Shown here piece after piece: positions 25,009-36,812 of a stretch of 64,000 nt of DNA. The position numbers were made by a program, and so were the translations under genes. The stretch lies in the NCBI GenBank assembly GCA_038087875.1, contig CM075988.1:16556001-16620000 (forward strand), in the 5' to 3' direction. Position 1 is the stretch's first letter; every line of letters starts with the position of its first letter. The notes under the pieces were generated by a model that had not been told where the DNA came from, searched no databases, and was given only the letters and a program-made list of their open reading frames with translations. This DNA comes from Malacoraja senta. Lineage: Eukaryota.

Positions 25009-28000
25009 ACTCAAATAGAGAATGCTATTAGACAGTGTGTGAGGCAGGAGGCAGAGAAGGAAAGCACTCAGACCCAACATGTAGGGGTGAAAGAAGAAAA
25101 CAATAATAAACAGAGAATAAGAGGTGGTGGGGTTCTTAAATGGGTGAGCAGAGAAACAGAGGGGTGTAAAATGCGGGCGGAAGCAATAGGTAGCAAGGTG
25201 AAAGGTAAAAGTGGCAGGCAGACAAATTCAGGGCAAAAATCAAAAAGAGCCACTTTTCAACATAATTGTATAAGGGGTAAGAGCGTTGTAAAAACAAGCC
25301 TGAAGGCTTTGTGTCTCAATGCAAGGAGCATTCGTAATAAGGTGGATGAGTTGAACGTGCAGATAGCAATTAATGATTATGATATAGTTGGGATCACGGA
25401 GACATGGCTCCAAGGTGACCAAGGCTGGGAGCTGAACATCCAGGGATATTCAATATTCAGGAGGGATAGAGAGAAAGGAAAAGGAGGTGGGGTAGCGTTG
25501 CTGGTTAGAGAGGAGATTAACGCAGTGGAAAGGAAGGACATTAGCTTGGAGGATGTGGAATCGGTATGGGTAGAGCTGCGAAACACTAAGGGGCAGAAAA
25601 CGCTGGTGGGCGTTGTGTACAGGCCACCTAGCAGTAGTAGTGAAGTTGGGGATGGCATCAAACAGGAAATTAGAAATGCGTGCAACAAAGGCAAAACAGT
25701 TATAATGGGTGACTTCAATCTACATATAGATTGGGTGAATCAAATTGGCAGGGGTGCTGAGGAAGAGGATTTCTTGGAATGTATGAGGGATAGTTATCTA
25801 AACCAACATGTAGAGGAACCAACGAGAGAGCAGGCTATTCTAGACTGGGTATTGAGTAATGAGGAAGGGTTAGTTAGCAGACTTGTTGTGCGTGCCCCCT
25901 TGGGCAAGAGTGATCATAATATGGTTGAGTTCTTCATTAGGATGGAGAGTGACATTGTTAATTCAGAAACAACAGTTCTGAACTTAAAGAAAGGTAACTT
26001 TGAGGGTATGAGATGTGAATTGGCCAAGATTGACTGGCAATTAGTTCTAAAAGGGTTGACGGTGGATATGCAATGGAAGGCATTTAAAGACTGCATGGAT
26101 GAACTACAAAAATTGTTCATCCCAGTTTGGCAAAAGAATAAATCAAGGAAGGTAGTGCATCCGTGGATAACAAGGGAAATCAGGGATAGTATCAAAGCAA
26201 AAGATGATGCGTACAAATTAGCTAGAAAAAGCAGCATACCAGAGGACTGGGAGAAATTCAGAGACCAGCAGAGGAGGACAAAGGGCTTAATTAGGAAAGG
26301 GAAAATAGATTATGAAAGGAAACTGGCAGGGAACATAAAAACTGACTGCAAAAGTTTTTATAGATATGTGAAGAGAAAGAGATTAGTTAAATCAAATGTA
26401 GGTCCCTTGCAGTCAGAAACAGGTGAATTGATCATGGGGAACAAGGATATGGCAGACCAATTGAATAACTACTTTGGTTCCGTCTTCACTAAGGAAGACA
26501 TAAATAATCTGCCGGAAATAGCAGGGGGCCGCGGGTCAAAGGAGATGGAGGAACTGAGTGAAATCCAGGTTAGTCGGGAAGTGGTGTTGGGTAAATTGAA
26601 TGGATTAAAGGCCGATAAATCACCAGGGCCAGATAGGCTGCATCCCAGAGTACTTAAGGAAGTAGCTCCAGAAATAGTGGATGCATTAGTGATAATTTTT
26701 CAAAACTCTTTAGATTCTGGAGTAGTTCCTGAGGATTGGAGGGTAGCAAACGTAACCCCACTTTTTAAGAAGGGAGGGAGAGAGAAAACGGGGAATTACA
26801 GACCAGTTAGTCTAACATCGGTAGTGGGGAAACTGCTAGAGTCAGTTATTAAAGATGGGATAGCAGCACATTTGGAAAGTGGTGAAATCATTGGACAAAG
26901 TCAGCATGGATTTACGAAAGGTAAATCGTGTCTGACGAATCTTATAGAATTTTTCGAGGATGTAACTAGTAGAGTGGATAGGGGAGAACCAGTGGATGTG
27001 TTGTATCTGGACTTTCAGAAGGCTTTCGACAAGGTACCACATAAGAGATTAGGATACAAACTTAAATCACACGGTATTGGGGGTTCAGTATTGATGTGGA
27101 TAGAGAACTGGCTGGCAAACAGGAAGCAAAGAGTAGGAGTAAACGGGTCCTTTTCACAATGGCAGGCAGTGACTAGTGGGGTACCGCAAGGCTCAGTGCT
27201 GGGACCCCAGCTATTTACAATTTATATTAATGATCTGGACGAGGGAATTGAAAGCAACATCTCCAAGTTTGCGGATGACACTAAGCTGGGGGGCAGTGTT
27301 AGCTGTGAGGAGGATGCTAGGAGACTGCAAGGTGACTTGGATAGGCTGGGTGAGGGGGCAAATGTTTGGCAGATGCAGTATAATGTGGATAAATGTGAGG
27401 TTATCCACTTTGGTAGCAAAAACGGGAAGGCAGACTATTATCTAAATGGTGGCCGATTAGGAAATGGGGAGATGCAGCGAGACCTGGGTGTCATGGTACA
27501 CCAGTCATTGAAAGTAGGCATGCAGGTGCAGCAGGCAGTGAAGAAAGCGAATGGTATGTTGGCCTTCATAGCAAGAGGATTTGAGTATAGGAGCAGCGAG
27601 GTTCTACTGCAGTTGTACAGGGTCTTGGTGAGACCACACCTGGAGTATTGCGTACAGTTTTGGTCTCCAAATCTGAGGAAGGACATTATAGCCATAGAGG
27701 GAGTGCAGAGAAGGTTCACCAGACTGATTCCTGGGATGTCAGGACTTTCATATGAAGAAAGACTGGATAGACTTGGCTTATACTCGCTAGAATTTAGGAG
27801 ATTGAGAGGGGATCTTATAGAAACGTACAAGATTCTTATGGGGTTGGACAGGCTAGATGCAGGAAGATTGTTCCCGATGTTGGGGAAGTCCAGGACAAGG
27901 GGTCACAGCTTAAGGATAAGGGGGAAATCCTTTAGGACCGAGATGAGGAAAAACTTTTTCACACAGAGAGTGGTGAATCTCTGGAACTCTCTGCCACAGC

Positions 28001-28206
28001 GGGTAGTTGAGGCCAGTTCATTGGCTATATTTAAGAAGGAATTAGATGTGGCCCTTGTGGCTAAAGGGATCAGGGGGTATGGAGAGAAGGCAGGTACGGG
28101 ATACTGAGTTGGATGATCAGCCATGATCGTATTGAATGGCGGTGCAGGCTCGAAGGGCCGAATGGCCTACTCCTGCACCTATTTTCTATGTATCTATGTA
28201 TCTATG
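25009..28206 (+). mobile_element. CR1-clade LINE, 5'-truncated, nested in the DIRS element
   Basis: Intact ORF2, short 3' UTR and (TATCTATG)n tail. The 5' boundary is approximate. Confidence 0.92.
25039..28107 (+). CDS. CR1 ORF2: APE endonuclease plus reverse transcriptase (intact frame; first ATG at 25171)
   Basis: APE motifs LNARSIRNK, ITETWL, GGGVAL, YRPP, MGDFN and SDH. RT motifs QHGF, YLDFQKAFD, GVPQGSVLGP and FADD. No stops in 1022 codons. Confidence 0.95.
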   Translation: MRQEAEKESTQTQHVGVKEENNNKQRIRGGGVLKWVSRETEGCKMRAEAIGSKVKGKSGRQTNSGQKSKRATFQHNCIRGKSVVKTSLKALCLNARSIRNKVDELNVQIAINDYDIVGITETWLQGDQGWELNIQGYSIFRRDREKGKGGGVALLVREEINAVERKDISLEDVESVWVELRNTKGQKTLVGVVYRPPSSSSEVGDGIKQEIRNACNKGKTVIMGDFNLHIDWVNQIGRGAEEEDFLECMRDSYLNQHVEEPTREQAILDWVLSNEEGLVSRLVVRAPLGKSDHNMVEFFIRMESDIVNSETTVLNLKKGNFEGMRCELAKIDWQLVLKGLTVDMQWKAFKDCMDELQKLFIPVWQKNKSRKVVHPWITREIRDSIKAKDDAYKLARKSSIPEDWEKFRDQQRRTKGLIRKGKIDYERKLAGNIKTDCKSFYRYVKRKRLVKSNVGPLQSETGELIMGNKDMADQLNNYFGSVFTKEDINNLPEIAGGRGSKEMEELSEIQVSREVVLGKLNGLKADKSPGPDRLHPRVLKEVAPEIVDALVIIFQNSLDSGVVPEDWRVANVTPLFKKGGREKTGNYRPVSLTSVVGKLLESVIKDGIAAHLESGEIIGQSQHGFTKGKSCLTNLIEFFEDVTSRVDRGEPVDVLYLDFQKAFDKVPHKRLGYKLKSHGIGGSVLMWIENWLANRKQRVGVNGSFSQWQAVTSGVPQGSVLGPQLFTIYINDLDEGIESNISKFADDTKLGGSVSCEEDARRLQGDLDRLGEGANVWQMQYNVDKCEVIHFGSKNGKADYYLNGGRLGNGEMQRDLGVMVHQSLKVGMQVQQAVKKANGMLAFIARGFEYRSSEVLLQLYRVLVRPHLEYCVQFWSPNLRKDIIAIEGVQRRFTRLIPGMSGLSYEERLDRLGLYSLEFRRLRGDLIETYKILMGLDRLDAGRLFPMLGKSRTRGHSLRIRGKSFRTEMRKNFFTQRVVNLWNSLPQRVVEASSLAIFKKELDVALVAKGIRGYGEKAGTGY

Positions 28207-28388
28207 TAAGTTCTGTGTAAATTCCTCTGGTTTAAAGGGGATCTGATTAATTTCATTATTAAAATGAATTACTGCATTTGTGGTACAAATGTTATTATGA
28301 ATGCATGATTGATTATTCTCGTTCCGAGTCAATCAATGCAGCGAGAAGCCGGGATTGATCTACGGCATGAAATCACAAAGCTTTAAAA

Positions 28389-28502
28389 TCTTCACATAGT
28401 CACTCACGTGACTCCGAAGTAAAATAGTAAGATTAAACGAGAACTTACCTAAGTTTGAAGTTTGATCTTTATTTTATGAGGAGTTACGTAGGTGATTACG
28501 TG
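28389..28502 (+). repeat. DIRS internal complementary region (ICR)
   Basis: 28389-28422 is the reverse complement of 20751-20784 (one mismatch). 28423-28502 is the exact reverse complement of 28655-28734 (80 bp). Confidence 0.95.
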
Positions 28503-28625
28503 CCCGCCACGACCCTACCCTCTATCATAAAGGTCAGATGGAAGTTCTTGTATTACTCGTTTTAGTATGAGACTATATTACTTCGGTTGTTGTTTTTTGT
28601 GATTTCACACCGCTGCTTTGAAGAT

Positions 28626-28734
28626 TGACGCGCAGGCGCACTGGCGGGGTTCTTCACGTAATCACCTACGTAACTCCTCATAAAATAAAGATCAAACTTC
28701 AAACTTAGGTAAGTTCTCGTTTAATCTTACTATT
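28626..28734 (+). repeat. DIRS right ITR plus right extension
   Basis: 28626-28660 is inverted relative to the left ITR, and 28655-28734 is inverted relative to the ICR. Confidence 0.95.
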
Positions 28735-28759
28735 CTGTTCCTATGTCATGTGGTCTATA

Positions 28760-28920
28760 GTGTCTTGGCCAATATTTGTCCCTAAAGTAAACTATGTGAT
28801 AATAAGCTCATTGCTGTCTGTGGGATCTTGCTGTGCACAGGTTGGCTGATGCATTTTCTACATAGCAACAGTGACTCTCTTCAAAAAGACTTCTTCGGCT
28901 ATATTGTACTTTGGAATGTT
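28760..28920 (+). mobile_element. Old Deu-domain SINE remnant (AmnSINE1/SacSINE1-like)
   Basis: tcttggccaatattt...cattgctgtctgtgggatcttgctgtgcac...tggctgatgcattt...aacagtgact resembles the Deu domain. A related remnant lies near 10440-10740. Confidence 0.55.
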
Positions 28921-28924
28921 TTCA

Positions 28925-29416
28925 TTTAAGATTCAAGAGAGTTTATTGTCATGTGCCCCTGATAGGACAATGAAATTCTTGCTTTGCTTCAGCACAACAG
29001 AACATAGAAGGCATTGACTACAAAACTGATCAGTATGTCCATATACCATTATATAAATATATACACACATGAATAAATAAACTGATAAAGTGCAAATAAC
29101 AGATAATGGGCTATTAATGTTCAGAGTTTTGTCCGAGCCAAGTTTAATAGCCTGATGGCTGTGGGGAAGTAGCTATTCCTGAACCTGGTCGTTGCAGTCT
29201 TCAGGCTCCTGTACCTTCTACCTGAAGGTAGCAGGGAGATGAGTGTGTGGCCAGGATGGTGTGGGTCCTTGATGATACTGCCAGCCTTTTTGAGGCAGCG
29301 ACTGCGATAGATCCCCTCGATGGAAGGGAGGTCAGAGCCGATGATGGACTGGGCAGTGTTTACTACTTTTTGTAGTCTTTTCTTCTCCAGGGGGCTCAAG
29401 TTGCCGAACCAAGCAA
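28925..29416 (-). mobile_element. Rex1/Babar-like LINE 3' fragment
   Basis: LQKVVNTAQSIIG...IIKDPHHPGHTLISLLPSGRRYRSL...FRNSYFPTAIRLLN. Confidence 0.82.
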
Positions 29417-31648
29417 CTTGCTCTTGATGCCCTTGAAATGATAATTCCTTGGACTTTACTTTAGACTTTAGAGATAGAGTGTAGAATCAGGCCCTTTGGT
29501 CCATCAAGACCGTGCTGACCAGCGATTACCCAAGACACTAATAGTATCCTACGCACTTGGGACAATTTACAATAGCTCCTCTATTCTGATCAGTCCCAAG
29601 CCAAGGATTACCATGGGTAGGCACTAAGTGCTCAGCGGGACAGGCAGCATCTCTGGAGAGAAGGAATGGGTGTCATTTCGGGGCCAGACATGGGCCTGTG
29701 AGGATGTTAGAGATACAGCGCAGAAACAGGCCCTTCGGCCCACTGAGTCTGTGCCGACCAACACTAGCACTATCCTACACATGAGGGACAATGTGCAATT
29801 TTTACCAAAGCCAAGTAACCAGCAAACCTGTATGTCTTTGGAATGTGGGAGGAAACAGGAGCACCCGGGCAAAACCCACGTGGTCACGGGGAGAACGTAC
29901 AAACTCCATACAGACATCACCTGTGGTCAGAATTGAACAAAACGAAACTAAACCCAATGACTTGGCCTCCACAGATTCACCACCTTCTGGCTAAAGAAAT
30001 TCCTCTTCATCTCCATTCTAGAACGTGGCTGATCCCTGACCTCAGCACCTTTTCCAGCTCTAACTTCATTACTGAATCGATCTAATTTTTTGTTCCATAT
30101 TTATTTAATTTTGATTCTCCCAGTTCAGCAGTGCCTGGACCAACACTCCAAGGTCCATGGTTGCTGGTCTAGTAACCAAACTACACTTCCACCGTTACTA
30201 AAACTACACCCTCAAGTCTGTGTAACTCGAGCTGTTATCAGGCAACTGAACCATCCTACCACAACTAGAGAGCAGTCCTGAACTGCTATCTAACTTACTG
30301 GTGACCCTCGGGCTATCTTTGATAGAAACATCGAAACATAGAAAATAGATGCAGGATGCCATTCGGCCCTTCGAGCCAGCACCGCCATTCATTGTGATCA
30401 TGGCTGATCGTCCCCAATCAATAACCCGTGCCTGCCTTCTCCCCATATCCCTTGATTCCACTAGCCCCCTAGAGCTCTATCTAACTCTCTCTTAAATCCA
30501 TCCAGTGATTTGGCCTCTACTGCCCTCTGTGGCAGGGAATTCCACAGATCGGACTTTACCTTGCACTAAACGTTATTCCCTTATCATGTACACTGTGAAT
30601 GGCTTGATTGCAATGATGTGTGGTCTTTCCGCTGGCTGGTTAGCATGCAACAAAAGCTTTTCACTGTACCTCGGTACACGTGACAATAAACTAAACTGAA
30701 ACTGAAGTGGTAGAAACCAACCTGCCCCAATACACACCTACAATATTAATCAACCAAAAAAACAGAAAGCCCTGAGGACATCCGGCTGGCCACAAAGGTA
30801 AAGCCTCGTGGAAGTGAGCAAGCCTGGGCTCATTTATTAATATGAATTAATTTCCGCAAAAAAAGGATTATCATATTAAACGTGCCTGAAAACAACATAT
30901 GACAGACTCATCTGCATTCTAGAGGTGCTTAAATATGTAATAATTACCCAGAGAACTTGGATTTCCTTTTGAATTACAATATAAAAACCCTTCTGTTAAC
31001 TCTTATGCAAAACAGGGATTAGTTAATGAAAAAAATATGCAAATACGTGGGGCTCACAGTATTAAAAAAAAATAAAACAGATGCAGATCCTGCTTCGCTG
31101 AAAAAATGGGTCATCCAGTTGATCTGGCAGAATTCCACCAGGATTTACTATCCACTGCAATCAAGGGACAATTAATAACCTTGGAGGTGGCGTGTTATAA
31201 TGGATTTGAACATGATAGGATTAGTTCTGGCATAAACTGAAGCCTTAATTTCAGGCTGCAGTCTGTAATTAGGTACATTTTAATTTTAAATCACTTCACC
31301 GGTCGTAGGCCAAGCTTGCTGGACAAGATGCAACTCCAACCACATTCACTCCCACTCATTCTCAACTCCCAGGTTGTCCAGTGCAATAATAACACCGCCC
31401 CCACTGGGAAAGCTGCAGTGGGCTCTGTTCTCTGCAGGACCCCCTGGGGTTCAGTGTGTACAGGGTCTCTGGGTGGTGCGGAAGGACCACGCCTAGATTA
31501 CAAATTGAGCTCGCATGTCACATCTCTCAAGCACAGCTGCATTTTAAAGAAAGGCCCCGTGATACCACAGAGCATCAGGACCACTCTTCCTCTCCCCCTG
31601 GGGTGGTTGCCCGCCCCTGGAGCTCCCCGCTTTTTGTGGCTGTGGCCG

Positions 31649-31783
31649 CAGACGCAGACCCAGACGCTGACCCAGACACAGACGCAGACCCAGACGCAGT
31701 CGGAGACGCAGACACAGACGCAGACCCAGACGCAGACGCAGACGCAGACGCAGACCCAGACGCAGACGCAGACGCAGACGCAG
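31649..31783. repeat. (CAGACS)n hexamer microsatellite
   Basis: About 22 units of cagacg/cagacc/cagaca. Confidence 0.92.
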
Positions 31784-32035
31784 GCTTGCATCACACCCCA
31801 TTCCCTGCCGCTCAGCAGGTGGGGGGTTGGGGGCATCTCCGGACTGGAGCCGCCTGCACGCATGGTACACCTTCAACAGCCAGCCAAGTCCCCAATCCCC
31901 CCCCCCCCCCCCACTCCGCTCCAAACACCCAACATCTGGTAGGAAACGAAAATGCTGCAAAGATTAAAACGCTGAAAACAAAGGACATATCCGCGGCTTT
32001 TGTTTTCAGCATTTTAATCTATGGAGTATTTTCCT

Positions 32036-32697
32036 ACACACACACACTCACAAATACACAAACACACACACACACTCACAAATACACAAACACACACACA
32101 CTCACAAATACACAAACACACACACACTCACAAATACACAAACACACACACAAGCACACATAAAGACATGCAGATTCAAATACACACCAATAAATATCAT
32201 CTTAAACAGACACAAATTCACACACACACACACACACTTATAGAAACATTCTTTTTATTAACAAATCTCCATCTTACACAAGAGCGCACACACGAAGAAG
32301 CTCACTCATACACAGACATATACACACACCCGTGAAGAAGCACACACACACACATGCACGCAAACATGCACACACACACAAAGAAACACACAAACGTACA
32401 CAAACATCCACACACACATATACAAACATACACACACGCGCGCGTGAAGCACACATATATATATATACAAACAAACACACACGTGCATGAAGCACACATA
32501 TATATATACAAACATACACACACACACGTGTGTGAAGAAGCACACATACAAATACAAACATACACACACGTGCATGAAGCACATATACATATACAAACAT
32601 ACACACACACACACGTGCATGAAGCACACATACATATACAAACATACACACACACACGTGTGTGGAGAAGCACACATACAAATACAAACATACACGC
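32036..32697. repeat. CA-rich compound mini/microsatellite
   Basis: Repeated acacacactcacaaatacacaa units, followed by cacgtgcatgaagcacacata units. Confidence 0.88.
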
Positions 32698-35600
32698 TCA
32701 ACCTCTGCCCAGCATCTGATTCCCTTCATTGTTTTATTCGTCCAGTTGTCACTCACGAGATTGCTGCGGAACTACACCGTGGGATTATTGGGAGTCTCAC
32801 GCCCACAGCACGGCCCCCTTTCCAACTTACCTCTCTATTCCACTAGTTACATCCTCAAAAACCTTCAGTCAGTTTGGCAGAAATAAATTACTTTCATAAA
32901 TCTATTTTAATTTTTGTTCAAATCCTGTTCATATTTTCAAAGTGTCTGTATTCACATTCACAATCACATTCATTTCAATAGATTCAAGGACGAGACGAAA
33001 GCCTCCCGAAAGAAGTGTAACAAAGAGGAGAAGAAGCATTCAGCATGATATTGTGATCCATGCACAAGGAGCAGACAAAAGCCCTGTGTATGGAAAGCAT
33101 CAGCTCATAAACCATCTAACATAAGCAGCCCGTTTAAATGCCTTTTATGTTTTCAATCTCACTCCCATTCCAACCTGTGGCCTCCTCTACTGCAACAGTG
33201 AGGCCCAATGTAAACTAAATGTGTAAGAAGGAACTGCAGATTCCAGTTTAAATCCCGATGTAAACTAGTTTAGTTTTGTTTGGTTTTGTTGAGATACAGC
33301 AAGAAAACAGGCCATTCAGCCCATCTAGTCCACACTGACCAGCAATAGTTCTAGCCTACACACCAGGGAGCACCAGTAGTCAGGATCAAACCCAGGCCTC
33401 TGGCGTTGTAAGGCAGCAACTCCACCCGCTGCGCCACTTATCATGCTGTTGCTTTCTCATCGTGTTTCTATAACATGCCTTGTTAAGTCAGCACTCATGC
33501 TTCTAAGCACCTGATCTATCTTAACCCATCTCCACACAGTTTTTAGTCTTACACTTCACTCCTTGGCCTAGCTCTGCTTTGAAAATTGTGAACCATCCAT
33601 GCCTTCTCTTGTTATAGAGTCACAGAGTCACAGTGGCGCAGCGGTAGAGTTGCTGCATTACAGCAAAATGCAGCGCCGGAGACCCGGGTTCGATCCCGAC
33701 TAATGGCGCTGTCTGTATGGAGTTTGTACGTTCTCCCCGTGGCCTGCGAGGATTTTCACTGAGATCTTCGGATTCCTCCCACATTCCAAAGACGTACAGG
33801 TTTGTAGGTTAATTGCCTTGATAAATGTAAAAATTGTCTCGTATAAATTGTCTAACTTCCAGTATAGTCCCTGGTGGACTCTTCGGAAGTAATGACCACA
33901 GCAGGTACAAGGTACATGGTACAGAGCCATACAGCATGGAAAAAGTTCCTACAACCCAAGTTGTCCAAGTCGAGCTAAATGCCACGTCCAGAAAAAGACA
34001 CAAAGTAATGGAGTAACCCAGTGGGTTAGGCAACATCTCTGGAGGACGTGGATAGGTGACGTTTCGAATGGGACCCTTCTTCAGACTGATTGGGGGGGAG
34101 GGGTTGAAGGCTGGAAGAGAGGTTGGACTGGAGAAAAGCCTGGCAGGTAATGGGTAGATACAGCTGAGGCGTTTTTTTGATTGACAGATGGTTAGTCAAC
34201 ATGATCTCCAGAGATGCTGCCTGATCCGCTGAGTTACTCCAGCACTTTGCGTCCCTTTTTGTAAACCAGCATCTGCAGTTCCTTACTTCTACATGCCCCA
34301 TCCAAGCCTGGCTCATATCACTCTAAACCCTTCCCAACCATGTACCTCTATAAATGCCTTGAATGTTGTTATTACATCTGCCTCAATCGTTCTGTAGAAA
34401 GATCCTTGACCTGAAATGTTGACTGTTTCTCTTCCCACAGATGCTGCTTGACTGACTGAGTTCTTCCAACACTTTCTGTGTTTGTTTCAGATTCCCAGCA
34501 TCTTTTTATTTATTTGCTGTGTTGGTTTTCCACCCACTCGCCTCCCCCATCAGGCACTTCATGCTTGAATGTAGAAGATAATAGAGTCATAGAGTCATAC
34601 AGGGTACAAACAGACACTCTGGCCCAACCTGCTCACACCGGCCAACATGACCCATCTACACTAGTCCCAACGGCCTGCGTTTGGCCCATATCCCTCTAAA
34701 TCTGTCCTCATACGTGGTAAGAGCAGAATTAGGATAATCGGCCCATTAAGTCTACCCCGCCATTCAATCATGGCTGATCTATCTTTCCCTCTTAACCCCA
34801 TTCTCCTGCCTACTCCCTATAAACCCTGATACCCATCTGTCCTATCCATGTCCATTTCCTAAACATTTCATTCTGTTATATTTCTCATACTGTTCCCATA
34901 ATAAGCCCCATGAGATGCTAGATAACTGGGTGGAAGCAAATCATCCTTAATCCCGAAGGGTTTCCTGAGAAGAGGAATACGATTTAGTATTTTACCCACT
35001 ATTCATGTTAGGCTACATGCTCCAAACTTCAACGTAAAGTGCTGGAGTAACTCAGTGTGTCAGGCAGTATGTGTGGTGGGAATGGACAGGCAATGTTTCA
35101 GGTCGGGATCCATCTTCAGATTCCATTCTTGTGTCTCCATTTTGCTTGTGCTCCAAAGTTCCTTGTTTAAATAATGGGATTATATTTTACCATTTTACAA
35201 CCTGCAGAATCTGTTCCATAATTTATAGAATTTTGCAAGATGGAACTCATACATCCACTGTGTCTAAGGTTCCCTTTTATGTACTCAGGAATGCAAATTT
35301 TCAGCCTGTGATTTATTGGCCTTCATTTGTTCAGTATTATATCTTTAATAACACTAATTTCCTTTAACTACTAATTTTCTTGAGACCTTTGGTTCCCTTC
35401 CATTATTGGGATGTTACTTGTTCCTTCTGCCTTCAGTCAGGAACCAAAATCTTTCTTTAATTTTGCTGCCATTTCTTTGCTCCTCAAAAATGTACCTTTT
35501 TCTAACTGGGAAAGAGCTTCATATTTGTAGAAGCTTTTACAGTCCACTTTCATATTCTTTGCACATTATTCTCTCTCTCCAAATCAAAATCTCAATCTAT

Positions 35601-36463
35601 TTTGTATTGAATTCTATCCTGTTCCCAATCCTCAGGCCTGATGCTTGTAACTTTTTATGCCTCCTCTTTACATCCAATATGGTTCTTATCTTCTTTTGTA
35701 AGCCATGGCTTTGGCACTTTTTCTTCTGTAATTTTGAAGGGGAAAGATCTAAAAGAGACCCAAGGGCACACTCGGGCGGTGAGTACATGGAACAAACTGC
35801 CAGAGGAAGCTAGAGAGGAAGTTGCGATGAAAGTTATGATGACTGTTCAAAGACAATTGGACAGGTACACAGATAGACAAGGTTGAGAGGGAGATGGGCC
35901 AAATGCAGCCTAATGAGTCCAGCTTAGTTCGTAAATTCTAGAAGAAGAATTAGGCCCTTCGACCCATCAAGTCATCTCCGCCATTCAATCATGACCCATC
36001 TGCACTAGTCCCACCTGCCTGCGTTTGCCCATATCCCTCTAAACCTGTCCTCATAAGTGATAGGAGTTGAAATAGGATATTCGGCCCATCAAGTCTACCC
36101 TGCCATTCAATCATGGCTGATCTATCTTTTCATCTCACCCCATTCTCCTGCCTTCGCCCCATAACCTTAGACAGCTTAGGTAGACATCTTGGTCAGGATG
36201 GATGAGTTAGGTCGAAAGACCAGTTTCTATTTTATATGATTCAATTAGTCCACGACTCCCAAAAGGAATGTATAACTCGTGCAGTTCTGGCATTCACTCC
36301 TTAAATGCCATCACCTATCCACCACCATGCTTTAAATGAAGCTCTCCAATCTACAACTGAAGTTGGCCTGGTTGGAGCGCTTGAAACCTTATAGTCCTAC
36401 TCCCTGCTGCTATGGTAGGAAAAGATTAGCCAGCCAAGACTAGCAATTGAGGAGGTAATAATA

Positions 36464-36812
36464 ACATAGAAACATAGAAAATAGGTGTAGGAGTAGGCCA
36501 GCACCACCATTCAATATGATCATGGCTGACCATCCAAAATCAGTACCCCGTTCCTGCTTTTTTCCTAATCCCTTAATTCCATTAGCCTTAAGAGCTAAAT
36601 CTAACTATCTTGAAAACATCCAGTGAATTGATTTCCACTGCCTTCTGTGGGAGAGAATTCCACAGATTCATAACTCTCTGGGTGAAAAAGTCTTTCCTCA
36701 TCTCAGTCCTAAATGGCCTACCTCCTATTCTTAAACTGTGACCCCTGGTTCTGGACTCCCCCAACATGCGGAACATTTTTTCCTGCATCTAGTCTGTCCA
36801 ATCCCTTAAGAT
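36464..36812 (-). mobile_element. CR1 3' fragment
   Basis: MLGESRTRGHSLRIGGRPFRTEMRK..., followed by the tail. Confidence 0.85.

Larger units (their letters stand above)
20751..28734 (+). mobile_element. DIRS1-like tyrosine-recombinase retrotransposon; complete termini, inactivated ORFs, nested CR1
   Basis: gag-like, RT/RNaseH/MT and YR ORFs in order. Inverted terminal repeats and an internal complementary region matching both ends. The flanks rejoin as a CR1 tail (tggcctaatt|ctgttcctatgtc). Confidence 0.95.

Noticed and set aside
31316..32163. Long ORFs with (QT)n, (DA)n, (VC)n or (RL)n runs
   Set aside because: They arise from a stop-free hexamer microsatellite open in several frames on both strands, with no protein-like flanks.
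32021..32886. Overlapping His/Thr- and Val/Cys-rich ORFs
   Set aside because: Translations of CA-rich repeats.
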